Below, piece after piece: positions 39,503-49,434 of a stretch of 64,000 nt of DNA. The position numbers and the translations under genes are program-made. The DNA comes from an uncultured Bacilli bacterium (GTDB lineage: Bacteria; Bacillota_I; Bacilli_A; RF39; UBA660): the NCBI GenBank assembly GCA_934096945.1, contig CAKOND010000005.1, positions 18,088 to 82,087 of the forward strand. Direction: 5' to 3'. Positions within the stretch are counted from its first letter, which is position 1; every line of letters starts with the position of its first letter. The notes under the pieces are model-generated. The model was not told where the DNA came from and made no database searches. It worked only from the letters and a program-made list of their open reading frames with translations.

Positions 39503-39546
39503 CAAAATGAAAAGAACTCACATGAGCAAGTTCTTTTCATTTTTTA
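39503..39546 (-). terminator. terminator after pnp (bidirectional hairpin)
   Basis: GAAAAGAAC-(12 nt)-GTTCTTTTC flanked by A- and T-runs. Confidence 0.65.
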
Positions 39547-39552
39547 TAAAAA

Positions 39553-41721
39553 TTAGTCTTTATTTTTAGAATTTTCTTTCTTTTCTGGTTGGGGTAAACA
39601 TTCTTTACGAGATAGATTTAATCTTCCTCGATTGTCGTATCCAAGTGATTTAACCATAATTTCATCACCAACAGATACAATATCTTTTGGTTTATCTACT
39701 CTTTCCCAAGCAAGTTGAGATACGTGTACTAAACCTTCACATCCTGGCCAAAGTTCTACGAAGCAACCAAAGTCTTCAACTTTTGTGACTTTACCAGTAT
39801 ATACTTTTCCTTCTTCAACTTCACGAATAACATCAAGTATCATTTGTTTAGTTTTAGCAATTATATCTTTATCAGTATGGTAAATTATTACTCTTCCATC
39901 ATCTTCAAGATCAACTTTTACAGCATCTTTATCATTAACTGTGGCAACATTTGAAGCTTCAAGAATAATTTTGGTAATCATTTCTCCACCTTTACCAATA
40001 ATATCTCTAATCTTTTCTGGATCAACATTAAATGTTTCTATCTTAGGTGCATACTTACTTACTTCTTTACGTGGCTCAGGAATTGTATTTTCCATAACAT
40101 CTAAAATTTCCATACGAGCTTTTTTTGCTTGAGCTAGAGCTTCACCAAGAATTTCTTTTGTTACACCCTTAATTTTAATATCCATTTGAAGGGCTGTAAT
40201 GCCTTCGCGAGTACCTGCAACTTTAAAGTCCATATCTCCCATATGATCTTCAAGACCTTGAATATCAGTAAGAATTGTATATTTACTTCCATCTGGACTA
40301 GTAATAAGTCCCATAGCAATACCTGCAACTGGAGCTTTAATTGGTACACCTGCAGCCATTAAGCTTAAGCATCCAGAACAAATTGTTGCTTGGCTAGATG
40401 ATCCATTACTTTCTAAAACTTCACTAACAACACGAATTGTGTAAGGAAATTCTTCTTCAGATGGTATAACTTGAGCAAGTGCTCTTTCACCTAAAGCACC
40501 ATGGCCAATTTCTCTTCTTCCCGGAGATCCATATCTTCCAACTTCACCAACAGAAAATTGTGGGAAGTTATAATGAAGCATGAATCTTTTTGTATCTTCA
40601 ATACCAAGACCATCAAGTATTTGATGTTCACCTAAAGCACCAAGTGTTGTTGTTGCAAGTACTTGAGTTTCTCCTCTTGAGAATAGGGCTGAACCATGAG
40701 TTCTTGCAAGTAAATCAACGCCTGCATAAAGTGGTCTAATTTCATCCATGCCTCTACCATCTGGTCTAATATGTTCATCAGTAATAAGGCGACGAACTTC
40801 TCCACCTTCAATTAAATGAAGTACTTTAGATACTTGTGCCATCTTATTATTTTTATTCTCATCTTCAGCATAAACTTCTTCAAAATGAGCCATTGTATTT
40901 TCTTTAACTTCATCTATTTTAGCATATTTTTCTAACTTATCTTTAATTTGAATAGCTGCAAGCATATCTGCTGTTGCAAAGTCCCTAACTGCACTTTCAA
41001 TTTCTGAATCTATTTCAGCTTTAGGTAGTTCTACCTTTTCTACACCTATTTCATCAATAATACTTTGTTCAAATTCACATAATTTTTTTATATTTTCATG
41101 AGCAAACATTAAGGCATCAAGCATTAATTCTTCACTAACTTCTTTAGAACCAGCTTCAACCATGCATATTGCATCTTTAGTACCCGCAACTGTTAAATGT
41201 AGTGTGCTTACTTCATTTTGTTCAGCTGTTGGATTAATAACAAATTTACCATCAATTAAACCAACGATAACACCTGCAACAGGTCCATCAAATGGAATAT
41301 TTGATATACCTAAACATAAAGATGAACCAAGAAGTGCAGCCATTTCTGGTGAATTATCTTGATCAACAGATAGAACTGTATTAATAACTTGAATTTCATT
41401 TCTTAAATTTTCATCAAACATCGGTCTAATTGGTCTATCAATAAGTCTTGCCGCAAGTGTTGCAGCATCACTAGGTCTTCCTTCTCTTTTAATAAATCCT
41501 CCAGGAATTTTACCTACTGAATATAATCTTTCTTGATATAAAACTTGAAGCGGAAAGAAATCTTGTGAAACTGGTGTTTTTCCCATTACACAAACAGATA
41601 ATACTGCTGTATCCCCATATCTTACTAGTACTGCTCCATTTGTTTGTTTAGCTAGTTCTCCAGCTTCTACTACAAGTTCTCTTCCATCAAAATCTAATTT
41701 AAATACTTTCTTCATATACAT
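39553..41721 (-). CDS. pnp: polyribonucleotide nucleotidyltransferase (PNPase)
   Basis: Two RNase PH domains, then KH ([10 protein letters not shown]) and S1 ([15 protein letters not shown]) domains. Confidence 0.95.
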   Translation of the reverse strand: MYMKKVFKLDFDGRELVVEAGELAKQTNGAVLVRYGDTAVLSVCVMGKTPVSQDFFPLQVLYQERLYSVGKIPGGFIKREGRPSDAATLAARLIDRPIRPMFDENLRNEIQVINTVLSVDQDNSPEMAALLGSSLCLGISNIPFDGPVAGVIVGLIDGKFVINPTAEQNEVSTLHLTVAGTKDAICMVEAGSKEVSEELMLDALMFAHENIKKLCEFEQSIIDEIGVEKVELPKAEIDSEIESAVRDFATADMLAAIQIKDKLEKYAKIDEVKENTMAHFEEVYAEDENKNNKMAQVSKVLHLIEGGEVRRLITDEHIRPDGRGMDEIRPLYAGVDLLARTHGSALFSRGETQVLATTTLGALGEHQILDGLGIEDTKRFMLHYNFPQFSVGEVGRYGSPGRREIGHGALGERALAQVIPSEEEFPYTIRVVSEVLESNGSSSQATICSGCLSLMAAGVPIKAPVAGIAMGLITSPDGSKYTILTDIQGLEDHMGDMDFKVAGTREGITALQMDIKIKGVTKEILGEALAQAKKARMEILDVMENTIPEPRKEVSKYAPKIETFNVDPEKIRDIIGKGGEMITKIILEASNVATVNDKDAVKVDLEDDGRVIIYHTDKDIIAKTKQMILDVIREVEEGKVYTGKVTKVEDFGCFVELWPGCEGLVHVSQLAWERVDKPKDIVSVGDEIMVKSLGYDNRGRLNLSRKECLPQPEKKENSKNKD

Positions 41722-41764
41722 CCTTTCTAAAAATAAAAAGACACTAAAAACAAGTGCCCTTTAA

Positions 41765-42034
41765 TTATTTTCTTAAATTTAATTTCTTAATTACTTCTCT
41801 ATAACTTACTACATCATTTTTCTTTAAGTAGTCAAGTAATTTTTTACGACGACCAACTTTCATAAGTAGACCTCTTTTTGAATGATAATCATGCTTATGT
41901 TCTTTTAAATGTTCAGTTAAGTTATTAATTTCATTTGTAAGAATTGCTATTTGTACTTCTGCACTACCACAATCATTTTCAGATTTAGCAAATTCTTTAA
42001 TGATTTTTGCTTTTTCTTCTTTCATTAAAGCCAT
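41765..42034 (-). CDS. rpsO: 30S ribosomal protein S15
   Basis: [15 protein letters not shown]...[40 protein letters not shown]. The track start at 42073 is an upstream extension. Confidence 0.95.
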   Translation of the reverse strand: MALMKEEKAKIIKEFAKSENDCGSAEVQIAILTNEINNLTEHLKEHKHDYHSKRGLLMKVGRRKKLLDYLKKNDVVSYREVIKKLNLRK

Positions 42035-42152
42035 AATATTTTTTCCTCCCACTTTCTTAATTGGTTTAATCATAGTATTGATTTGGAGATATCAAAACCA
42101 AGAATAAACTTCATATATTTATTATAATTTAAAACTCACTCTTTTGCAAGCA

Positions 42153-42704
42153 CTATTTTAAAGATGCAAGTAATTCATCTTTTTTCATTGTTGAAAAGCC
42201 TTTTACTCCTTTATCTTTAGCAAGTGCTTTTAATTCTGCTAAAGTTTTTGAACTTAAATCTTCAGAAGTTTCTTTTTTCACTTCTTTCTTTTCAGTTTTT
42301 ACTTCTTTAGTTTCTGCTTTAACTTCTTTTTTTAAAGCCTTTACTTCACCATTTAAAGCTTTTTTAGCTGTTTCAACTAATGCTGTAAATGATTTAGGAT
42401 CATCAATTGCCATTTCTGATAACATTTTTCTATTAATTTCAATACCAGCTTTTGCAAGTCCATTTATAAATTTAGAATAACTAATTTCATTTTCACGACA
42501 TGCAGCATTGATTCTTGTAATCCATAATTTTCTGAAATTTCTCTTATTTTGTCTTCTGTCTCTGAATGCATAAGCACCACTATGGAATACTTGTTCTTGA
42601 GCAGTTTTGTAAAGTCTATGTTTACTTCCAAAATAACCTTTTGCTTCTTTTAAAACTTTTCTTCTTCTATTTTTAGAAACGTTTCCGCCTTTAACTCTTG
42701 CCAT
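42153..42704 (-). CDS. rplT: 50S ribosomal protein L20 with ~65-aa C-terminal extension
   Basis: The canonical L20 core runs from [29 protein letters not shown] through [10 protein letters not shown]. It is followed by KEVK repeats and [34 protein letters not shown]. Confidence 0.95.
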   Translation of the reverse strand: MARVKGGNVSKNRRRKVLKEAKGYFGSKHRLYKTAQEQVFHSGAYAFRDRRQNKRNFRKLWITRINAACRENEISYSKFINGLAKAGIEINRKMLSEMAIDDPKSFTALVETAKKALNGEVKALKKEVKAETKEVKTEKKEVKKETSEDLSSKTLAELKALAKDKGVKGFSTMKKDELLASLK

Positions 42705-42723
42705 TACTTATTCACCTCCATGA

Positions 42724-42918
42724 TTAGATAACAGATTTTAATCTGCTACTATCTCCTTTTGCTAGTGTTCCTTTATTTCTTCTTTGTCTTACTGCTTTTG
42801 CTGTATCTTTTCCAGTCTTATGGTTACTTCCTGATTTCATATAAGTTAAAGTACCATTTTTCTTTTTGCTAAACACTTTAGAACTAGACTTATGTGTTTT
42901 TTGTTTACTTTTTGCCAT
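42724..42918 (-). CDS. rpmI: 50S ribosomal protein L35
   Basis: 64 aa, basic: MAKSKQKTHKSSSKVFSKKKNGTL... Confidence 0.95.
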   Translation of the reverse strand: MAKSKQKTHKSSSKVFSKKKNGTLTYMKSGSNHKTGKDTAKAVRQRRNKGTLAKGDSSRLKSVI

Positions 42919-42919
42919 A

Positions 42920-43462
42920 CTAATTTCCTTCTTTCTTTTTTGGTGCTAAAATCATTGCAATTTGTCTTCCTTCTTGTTTTGGTTCAGTTTCAATTACTGA
43001 AACATCACTTAAGGCATCTGCAAATTTTAGAAGTACATCTCTACCAAGTTCTGGTCTTGCCATTTGACGACCTTTAAAACGGATAAATGCTCTAATTTTA
43101 TGTCCTTTTTCAAGATAATCTTTGGCATTTTTTCTTCTGGTTTCAAAGTCTCCAACATCGATAGTTACTGATAAACGATATTCTTTCATCTCTTTATTTG
43201 CTTCTCTTGCTTTCTTTTGACTTTCTTTTAGCTTTTTTTGTTTTTCATAACGGTATTTGTTATAATCCATTATTTTAGCAACAGCAGGAACGCCATTACC
43301 ATTCATTAAAACTAAATCAAGTCCAGCATACCCTGCAAGTGTAAGAGCATCTTTACGTTTTTTTAGTCCCATCTTTTCGCCATTTGGCCCAATTACCATC
43401 AATTCATCAACTTTAATATTTTCATTGATTGGCAGTTCATTACTATCTATCTTTGCTATAAT
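42920..43462 (-). CDS. infC: translation initiation factor IF-3 (AUU start)
   Basis: The IF-3 core reads IIAKIDSNELPINENIKVDELMVIGPNGEKMG... GGAGGTG precedes an ATT codon (rc of 43460-43462). The track ATG at 43525 lies inside the attenuator hairpin. Confidence 0.9.
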   Translation of the reverse strand: MIAKIDSNELPINENIKVDELMVIGPNGEKMGLKKRKDALTLAGYAGLDLVLMNGNGVPAVAKIMDYNKYRYEKQKKLKESQKKAREANKEMKEYRLSVTIDVGDFETRRKNAKDYLEKGHKIRAFIRFKGRQMARPELGRDVLLKFADALSDVSVIETEPKQEGRQIAMILAPKKKEGN

Positions 43463-43645
43463 AAGCACCTCCAACGTCATTAAAAAATGGATACATTTAG
43501 TATCCATTCTCCAAAAGTATATCAAAGTAATTTTAAATACTTAACTGGCATTTACCTATCGCTATTTGCAATCAGGTGGATACTAAATCTCTTTCCTTTT
43601 TTCAAGTAACAATGTTATTTTACACCATTATTGTATGTTTGTCAA
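43463..43645 (-). promoter_or_regulatory. infC-rpmI-rplT promoter and ~150-nt leader with intrinsic terminator (L20-type attenuation leader)
   Basis: TTGACA (rc of 43640-43645), 17-nt spacer, TAAAAT (rc of 43617-43622). In the leader, hairpin AATGGATAC-taaat-GTATCCATT + TTTTT (43486-43508) sits just before the RBS. Confidence 0.55.
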
Positions 43646-43745
43646 ATATTTTTTATCACTTTTATGGCAATCGTGTGAATAATTTTTGAAAATGTCAGTA
43701 TATTATTTAAAATACTTTCCTGTATTCAAGGAGGTTTTTTTTATG

Positions 43746-44033
43746 TTAAACGAATGCGAATTTAAAAAAATTGATATCAAAAGAAATTACAATAAAAGAA
43801 GTTATGGAGGCTCTAAGTTTTTCTGGTAAAACTAATTCCTCTATTTCGGGTAAGTCTATGCTATCCAAAAGAGCATGAATAGTAAATAATTTATTACTAA
43901 AATAGCTACCACTTGTGCTTCTTATCATTTTGATGACTTTATCATCATTTAAAATAATATCTCCTTCAGATGTTGTCCCGCATATGCAAGGCAAATTCAG
44001 TATTTCTTCTTGGGTAAAATTTCTTACTTGCAT
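43746..44033 (-). pseudogene. truncated third copy of the minimal kinase-fold family (N-terminal ~80 aa only)
   Basis: ...CGTTSEGDIILNDDKVIKMI...ELVLPEKL aligns with GAGSEGIVYYNPKTQEAIKIF...ILLPRRL of ORFs 38124/38780. The frame then degenerates and stops before the infC promoter. Confidence 0.35.
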
Positions 44034-44042
44034 AAATACCTC

Positions 44043-44939
44043 CTACGCCTTTTTCCTCGCTAAAGCATATGCTTGTTCTATTAGATTTCCATTTTTTATT
44101 TTTTGGATTTGGTCACTTAATACCGCTTTTGTATAAAATACTGCTTCGCTAAGTTCTACGCCTTTATCAACAAATTGATACTTTTCTCTCATAAGTTGCC
44201 ATAATTCTTCATGCCTTTTAACAAATTCCTTATTTAAAAAAGCTGCACTTACTTCATTTAAATTCATTTTATACATAAGAAGCATAGTTTCAAAATATAA
44301 AGCAAATTTATCTGAATCATAATCTTTACCAAAAAGCATATAAATATCATAAAAGTCTTTAACTCTCGTATTTAAAACATCTTCTTTGGTATTATGGGCA
44401 ATAATGTAAAGTTTTTCTGCAATATGTTCTTCAAAAGATGGTGTATTTATATAAAATTTTTCATCACCTGTAAATAATGGTTCTACTGCTTTAAATTGAG
44501 TTTCAAAAATAACACGATTATTTTCTTTGTAATCAATTGGAACAGGTACTACCATTTCTTTACTACCTTCATACTTCACTTTAGCAATAACTGGTATTTT
44601 ATATACACCATTTTTTGTTTGTCTTGGTAAACTAGAAAGATCAAAAGATACGGTGTTACTATACATATCATAAATTGCTGCAAATAAAAGGTTAAGTGGT
44701 ATTTCATGTGATTTAATTGATGATAAATCTATATCTAGTACTGGTCTTGATAAGTTTCCTAAATGAACATACTGACTAAAACTTCCCTTAACTACTAGGT
44801 CACCATTATTTATTAAAGCAAGTTTAGAAAGTAATAATCTTGCATAATATGTGGTATAGGCAGCCATATATGAAATACCTAATCTATTAGCCTCTTTTTT
44901 CATATAAGCCTTTTCTTGATCCAAGTTATTAAATTTCAT
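44043..44939 (-). CDS. AbiEii/AbiGii-type nucleotidyltransferase (DUF1814) family protein
   Basis: LVVKGSFSQYVHLGNLSRPVLDIDLSS matches the vlKGG.a......R.t.DiDl NTase motif. ~300 aa. Confidence 0.65.
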   Translation of the reverse strand: MKFNNLDQEKAYMKKEANRLGISYMAAYTTYYARLLLSKLALINNGDLVVKGSFSQYVHLGNLSRPVLDIDLSSIKSHEIPLNLLFAAIYDMYSNTVSFDLSSLPRQTKNGVYKIPVIAKVKYEGSKEMVVPVPIDYKENNRVIFETQFKAVEPLFTGDEKFYINTPSFEEHIAEKLYIIAHNTKEDVLNTRVKDFYDIYMLFGKDYDSDKFALYFETMLLMYKMNLNEVSAAFLNKEFVKRHEELWQLMREKYQFVDKGVELSEAVFYTKAVLSDQIQKIKNGNLIEQAYALARKKA

Positions 44940-45040
44940 AGTTTTTCCCCCTTAAACTGGCTACATTATATCACATATTAATTGAAAATGCAAATTTATA
45001 GATCAAAAAAAGAGAATAAAACTTTATTCTACTTTTAATT

Positions 45041-46453
45041 TTAATATTGTCTACCAATATATAATCTAGTTTTAGCTTCTTTTTTACATACAACACATGA
45101 ACCACTTACTTCTTCATTTTCAATTAAGCATCTTGACTTAATACCAAAATCATCTTTTATTTTGTTTTCACATTCAACGTTACCACACCAATTAATTTTC
45201 ATAAATCCACCATCTTTAGTTGTAGCTAATGTTTTTAGTTCATCATAAGTTTTAACATCATATATCATACTATCACGTCTTGCTTTAGCTCTTTCAAACA
45301 TATCTTTTTGAATAATATCAAGAAGTTCATTTAATTTAGGAACTACTTCTTCAAAAGTAACTTCTATTTTTTCTAAAGTATCTCTTCTAACTAATGTAAC
45401 TTGATTTTTTTCTAAATCTCTTTTACCCAGTTCTATTCTAACTGGATATCCTTTTACTTCAGCTTCAGCAAATTTAAATCCTGGAGTTTTATCTCTTTCA
45501 TCAACTTTAAATGTAATATTATTATTTTTTAAATTATTTTTTAATTCTTCAAGTTTTTCTGAAACATCCCCGATAGGAATAATAATTGTCTTAAATGGTG
45601 CAATTTTAGGGGGAAGAACAAGTCCATGATCATCACCATGAGTCATTATGATAGCCCCAATCATTCTAGTTGATACTCCCCAACTAGTTTGATATGGAGT
45701 TTTTTGGGTATTATCTTTATCTGTAAATTTAATACCAAAAGCTTTAGCAAAATGATTACCAAAATAGTGGCTTGTACCATTTTGAAGAGCATAACCATTG
45801 TACATCATAGCTTCTAAAGTATAAGTTTCTTCAGCACCAGCAAATTTTTCTTTTTCAGTTTTTTTACCTGTTATAACTGGAAGTGCTAAATATTCTTCTT
45901 GAAATGTTTTATAAACATTAAACATTCTAAGTGTTTCTTCTCTAGCTTCTTCAGCGGTTGCATGCATTGTATGACCTTCTTGCCACAAAATTTCTCTGCT
46001 TCTAAGAAATGGTCTAGTAGTTTTTTCCCATCTAACAATTGTACACCATTGATTATAAAGAATTGGTAAATCTCTATAAGTATTAATTATTTTTTTATAA
46101 TGATCACAAAATAACACTTCACTAGTTGGTCTTACACACATTCTTTCTTCAAGTTTTTCTTTACCACCATAAGTAACCCAAGCAACTTCAGGAGCAAATC
46201 CTTTAACATGTTCTTTTTCAATGTTTAAAAGTGACTCAGGAATAAACATTGGCATTTGGACATTTTCATGACCTGTTTCTTTAAACATTCTATCAAGCAC
46301 TTTTTGTATTTCTTCCCAGATAGCATAACCAAGTGGCCTTATAATCATGCTACCCTTGACGCTTGAATAATCTACTAAATCAGCTTTTTTACATACATCT
46401 GTATACCATTTAGCAAAGTCTATATCTCTATTTGTTATATCTTTTACTTCCAT
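45041..46453 (-). CDS. proS: proline--tRNA ligase (archaeal/eukaryote-like short form)
   Basis: 470 aa with no bacterial INS editing domain. It has class II motifs and a C-terminal Cys-rich domain ending ...IGRQY (terminal Tyr typical of this ProRS type). Confidence 0.93.
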   Translation of the reverse strand: MEVKDITNRDIDFAKWYTDVCKKADLVDYSSVKGSMIIRPLGYAIWEEIQKVLDRMFKETGHENVQMPMFIPESLLNIEKEHVKGFAPEVAWVTYGGKEKLEERMCVRPTSEVLFCDHYKKIINTYRDLPILYNQWCTIVRWEKTTRPFLRSREILWQEGHTMHATAEEAREETLRMFNVYKTFQEEYLALPVITGKKTEKEKFAGAEETYTLEAMMYNGYALQNGTSHYFGNHFAKAFGIKFTDKDNTQKTPYQTSWGVSTRMIGAIIMTHGDDHGLVLPPKIAPFKTIIIPIGDVSEKLEELKNNLKNNNITFKVDERDKTPGFKFAEAEVKGYPVRIELGKRDLEKNQVTLVRRDTLEKIEVTFEEVVPKLNELLDIIQKDMFERAKARRDSMIYDVKTYDELKTLATTKDGGFMKINWCGNVECENKIKDDFGIKSRCLIENEEVSGSCVVCKKEAKTRLYIGRQY

Positions 46454-46461
46454 AACCTCAC

Positions 46462-46680
46462 CTATTCTGTTTTAAATTCTTTTAATTCATTATCTTCAGT
46501 TAAAATTTTATTTACTTTTTGTGTAGCATCATTTAATTTTTCACCACAATATTTAGCTAATTTCATAGCTTCAGTATATTTATTGATAGCATCATCTAAA
46601 TTAACATTGCCACTTTCTAATTCTTTAACTATAGTTTCAAGTTCCCCTAGTGAACTTTCAAAATTTTTATTTTCTTCCAT
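46462..46680 (-). CDS. xseB: exodeoxyribonuclease VII small subunit
   Basis: 72 aa: FESSLGELETIVKELESGNVNLDDAINKYTEAMKLAKYC. Confidence 0.9.
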   Translation of the reverse strand: MEENKNFESSLGELETIVKELESGNVNLDDAINKYTEAMKLAKYCGEKLNDATQKVNKILTEDNELKEFKTE

Positions 46681-46711
46681 ATTATTTTTCCTTTCTTTTT
46701 TATTATATCAA

Positions 46712-47344
46712 TTATTTTAATAATTTACTATTACTAGTTATTATATTTTTATTTTCTTTTTCTAATACTTTTAAACTCTTTTCTGGAGTTGGAAAATCTT
46801 CAGGCATTGTTCCTCCTAATTCTTTTATAGTATTTCTTATTTTTTTACCTACTTCAAAGTGCACATCATTTGCATTTACTTCTCCCTTTACATTATCTCT
46901 TTTTAATTTTTGTTCTGTTTGAGAAATTCTAAAAAGATTTGCTATTAATTCATCACTACCCATATTATCTAAGATATCTTCTCTATATCTTAATCCTTTT
47001 CTTTTGGCAATATCATTAGCAGTCTCACCATTGTATAAGCCTTTATAACCAGCATTATGAAATTTATCAAAGTTCTTTACTCCCGCATCTTTAGCTGCTT
47101 GGTTCAAAGAATAATTACCTTTTTTAGTTAAATTTCTTTGATAAAATCTTTTTTCATCTTCTGTTAAACTAGAATATTCTCTTTCTGAAATTTCTTGTTT
47201 TCTAGTTTGAACAGCAAAATAAGTTTGAGCAAGTGCAACAGTTTTTTTTCCACTATCACCATTCTGAGCAATTAAGTAACATGCATAACGGGATAATTTA
47301 TAATCTTCAATTTCTCTTTTTGTTTTAGAACCAATATCGACCAT
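46712..47344 (-). CDS. DinD-like (DNA-damage-inducible protein D family) protein lacking the N-terminal third
   Basis: MVDIGSKTKREIEDYKLSRYACYLIAQNGDSGKKTVALAQTYFAVQTRKQE matches the conserved DinD core. The track start at 47377 is a GTG overlapping the xseA stop; the ATG is at 47344. Confidence 0.65.
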   Translation of the reverse strand: MVDIGSKTKREIEDYKLSRYACYLIAQNGDSGKKTVALAQTYFAVQTRKQEISEREYSSLTEDEKRFYQRNLTKKGNYSLNQAAKDAGVKNFDKFHNAGYKGLYNGETANDIAKRKGLRYREDILDNMGSDELIANLFRISQTEQKLKRDNVKGEVNANDVHFEVGKKIRNTIKELGGTMPEDFPTPEKSLKVLEKENKNIITSNSKLLK

Positions 47345-47376
47345 TTTTCCCACTAGGGAAAAATGGTATAACAACA

Positions 47377-48636
47377 CTATTTTTCTACAACTTTAGCTTT
47401 AATAGCCCCTTCATGTAATTTAACACTAATTAAATCACCAATACTCACATCATTACTAGATTTAATTACTTTATCATTAATTGTTGCAAGTGAATAACCT
47501 TTTTCTAAAATACCTAAAGGATTAACAAGTTTTAAAGTATTAATAAGTAGATTATATTCATTTTTCTTCTTATCAATTAAACTCATTGGATTTTGAAGTG
47601 CAACAGACATTTTAACTTTATTAAGTTTTACTTCATTATTTTGAATTATTACTTTAATATCTTTATTTAAATTATCAATTAAAGTATCTAGTTTTTGTTC
47701 TTTCATTTCATACATTGTCATTGGATTTTTTAAAATGAAACTATTTTTTAAACTTCTCCATTTAATAAATTTAGTATTAACCATATTTTTAATGTTCTTA
47801 TTAAGTCTAATTTTATAATTATTAAGTAAAGTATTAATATCTAACACAGTTGGCACTGCCATTTCTGCTGCCCCAGTCGGTGTTGGAGCTCTAAGATCTG
47901 CTACAAAGTCGGCAATTGTCCAATCAATTTCATGACCAACAGCACTTATAATCGGTGTTTTACATTCATAAATAGCATGAGCAACAATTTCTTCATTAAA
48001 AGCCCATAAGTCTTCAATTGAACCTCCACCACGGCCAACAATAATGGTATCAACACCAAATTCATCTGCTCTTTTAATTTGTCTTACAATATCTGGTGCT
48101 GCATCTTTTCCTTGAACTAAACATGGGAAAAGTATTGCTTCACAAACTGGATATCTTCTTCTTATGGTACTCATGATATCCCTTACAGCTGCTCCAGTTG
48201 ATGCGGTAATAACGCCAATTTTCTCAGGAAACTTTGGTATAGCTTTTTTATGCATAGCATCAAATAATCCCTCAAGAGCAAGTTTTTTCTTTAATTTTTC
48301 ATACTCTATATATAAAGCTCCTAGACCATCAGGTTCCATTTTTTCAATATAAATTTGGTAAGACCCCTGCGCAGGATATGCACTAATTCTTCCTTCTACT
48401 AAAACATTCATTCCATCTTCCGGTGTAAATGTAAGTTTTACTGCACTACTTTGAAACATAACAGCACTAAGTCTTGATGTATCATCTTTTAAAGTAAAAT
48501 AAAGGTGTCCTCTGGTATGATTTTTAAAATTACTAATTTCCCCTTTTAAATATACTTTATTTAAAAATATATTATCATCTAAAATATTTTTTATATAATT
48601 ATTTAAATCACTTATTTTAATGTATTCTTTGTCCAT
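47377..48636 (-). CDS. xseA: exodeoxyribonuclease VII large subunit
   Basis: OB-fold N-terminus (VYLKGEISNFKNHTRGHLYFTLKD), catalytic core (GRGGGSIEDLWAFNEE) and a coiled C-terminus. Confidence 0.95.
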   Translation of the reverse strand: MDKEYIKISDLNNYIKNILDDNIFLNKVYLKGEISNFKNHTRGHLYFTLKDDTSRLSAVMFQSSAVKLTFTPEDGMNVLVEGRISAYPAQGSYQIYIEKMEPDGLGALYIEYEKLKKKLALEGLFDAMHKKAIPKFPEKIGVITASTGAAVRDIMSTIRRRYPVCEAILFPCLVQGKDAAPDIVRQIKRADEFGVDTIIVGRGGGSIEDLWAFNEEIVAHAIYECKTPIISAVGHEIDWTIADFVADLRAPTPTGAAEMAVPTVLDINTLLNNYKIRLNKNIKNMVNTKFIKWRSLKNSFILKNPMTMYEMKEQKLDTLIDNLNKDIKVIIQNNEVKLNKVKMSVALQNPMSLIDKKKNEYNLLINTLKLVNPLGILEKGYSLATINDKVIKSSNDVSIGDLISVKLHEGAIKAKVVEK

Positions 48637-49432
48637 TTATAAGTCCCCTTTCTATAAGTAAATCTCCAATTAATCGGTAATTTTCTTTGTATAACTTCAT
48701 ATCATATTCCTTATCTTCAATTATAATATTTTCGTTTTGCTCAATTTCTATAAATGTGCTTCCCACGACCTCTGGAGTTAGTTTATGATAAAATTTTACG
48801 ACTAAATCATTAAATTCTTTTGATGATGTTGCTAAAAAATATTCAAGTGATTTTATATTTTTTTCCATACTTAAGGTAGTATATTGTCCTAAATCTATTT
48901 CACTATATTTTTTTAGTTCATCTTTAGAACTAAGCCTTGAATCAATTAATGCTTTAAATGCTGCTTCAAAAACATTGTCATTATCATAAATATATAAACT
49001 ATGTTTTCCATTTTCATTTAAGACTACAAAATTGCCTATATGTCTGTCACCATTAAGTAAAAATATGTCAAATATAAAAACTTTTACTAAATCAAACATG
49101 AGTTTTTGGCATTCATGAGGATAATCTTTTTCAAAAACATTCCATAAATCATACATACTATTAGAAAAAAACATTTTGTTAATCATTAAGTCAGATCCTC
49201 TTTTAAAGTCTCCGATATTATAAAAACTATAACTTAAATAATATAACTCGTCATTTATATTTACTATATAATCTTTAGAACAATTAATACCTACAATCCC
49301 TGCCAGTTTATTAGCAACAAGTTCTATGCCACCGCCTTCTGCATATTTACAAAAATACTCTACGCCATCCAAATTTATAAACTGGTGTTCACTATCTAAA
49401 ATAAGATTTTCTTCTTTTTTAGTTAATTTCAT
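48617..49432 (-). CDS. PI3K/PI4K- or HipA-like kinase-fold protein
   Basis: LLNGDRHIGNFVVL (GDRHxxN catalytic-loop signature) followed by LYIYDNDNVF (DFG-equivalent). Confidence 0.5.
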   Translation of the reverse strand: MKLTKKEENLILDSEHQFINLDGVEYFCKYAEGGGIELVANKLAGIVGINCSKDYIVNINDELYYLSYSFYNIGDFKRGSDLMINKMFFSNSMYDLWNVFEKDYPHECQKLMFDLVKVFIFDIFLLNGDRHIGNFVVLNENGKHSLYIYDNDNVFEAAFKALIDSRLSSKDELKKYSEIDLGQYTTLSMEKNIKSLEYFLATSSKEFNDLVVKFYHKLTPEVVGSTFIEIEQNENIIIEDKEYDMKLYKENYRLIGDLLIERGLINGQRIH

Positions 49433-49434
49433 AA

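Noticed and set aside
43746-45040. A complete AbiE toxin-antitoxin pair.
   Set aside because: Only the AbiEii-like NTase is present. The upstream neighbour is proS, and the downstream ORF is kinase-like rather than an AbiEi-type winged-helix antitoxin.
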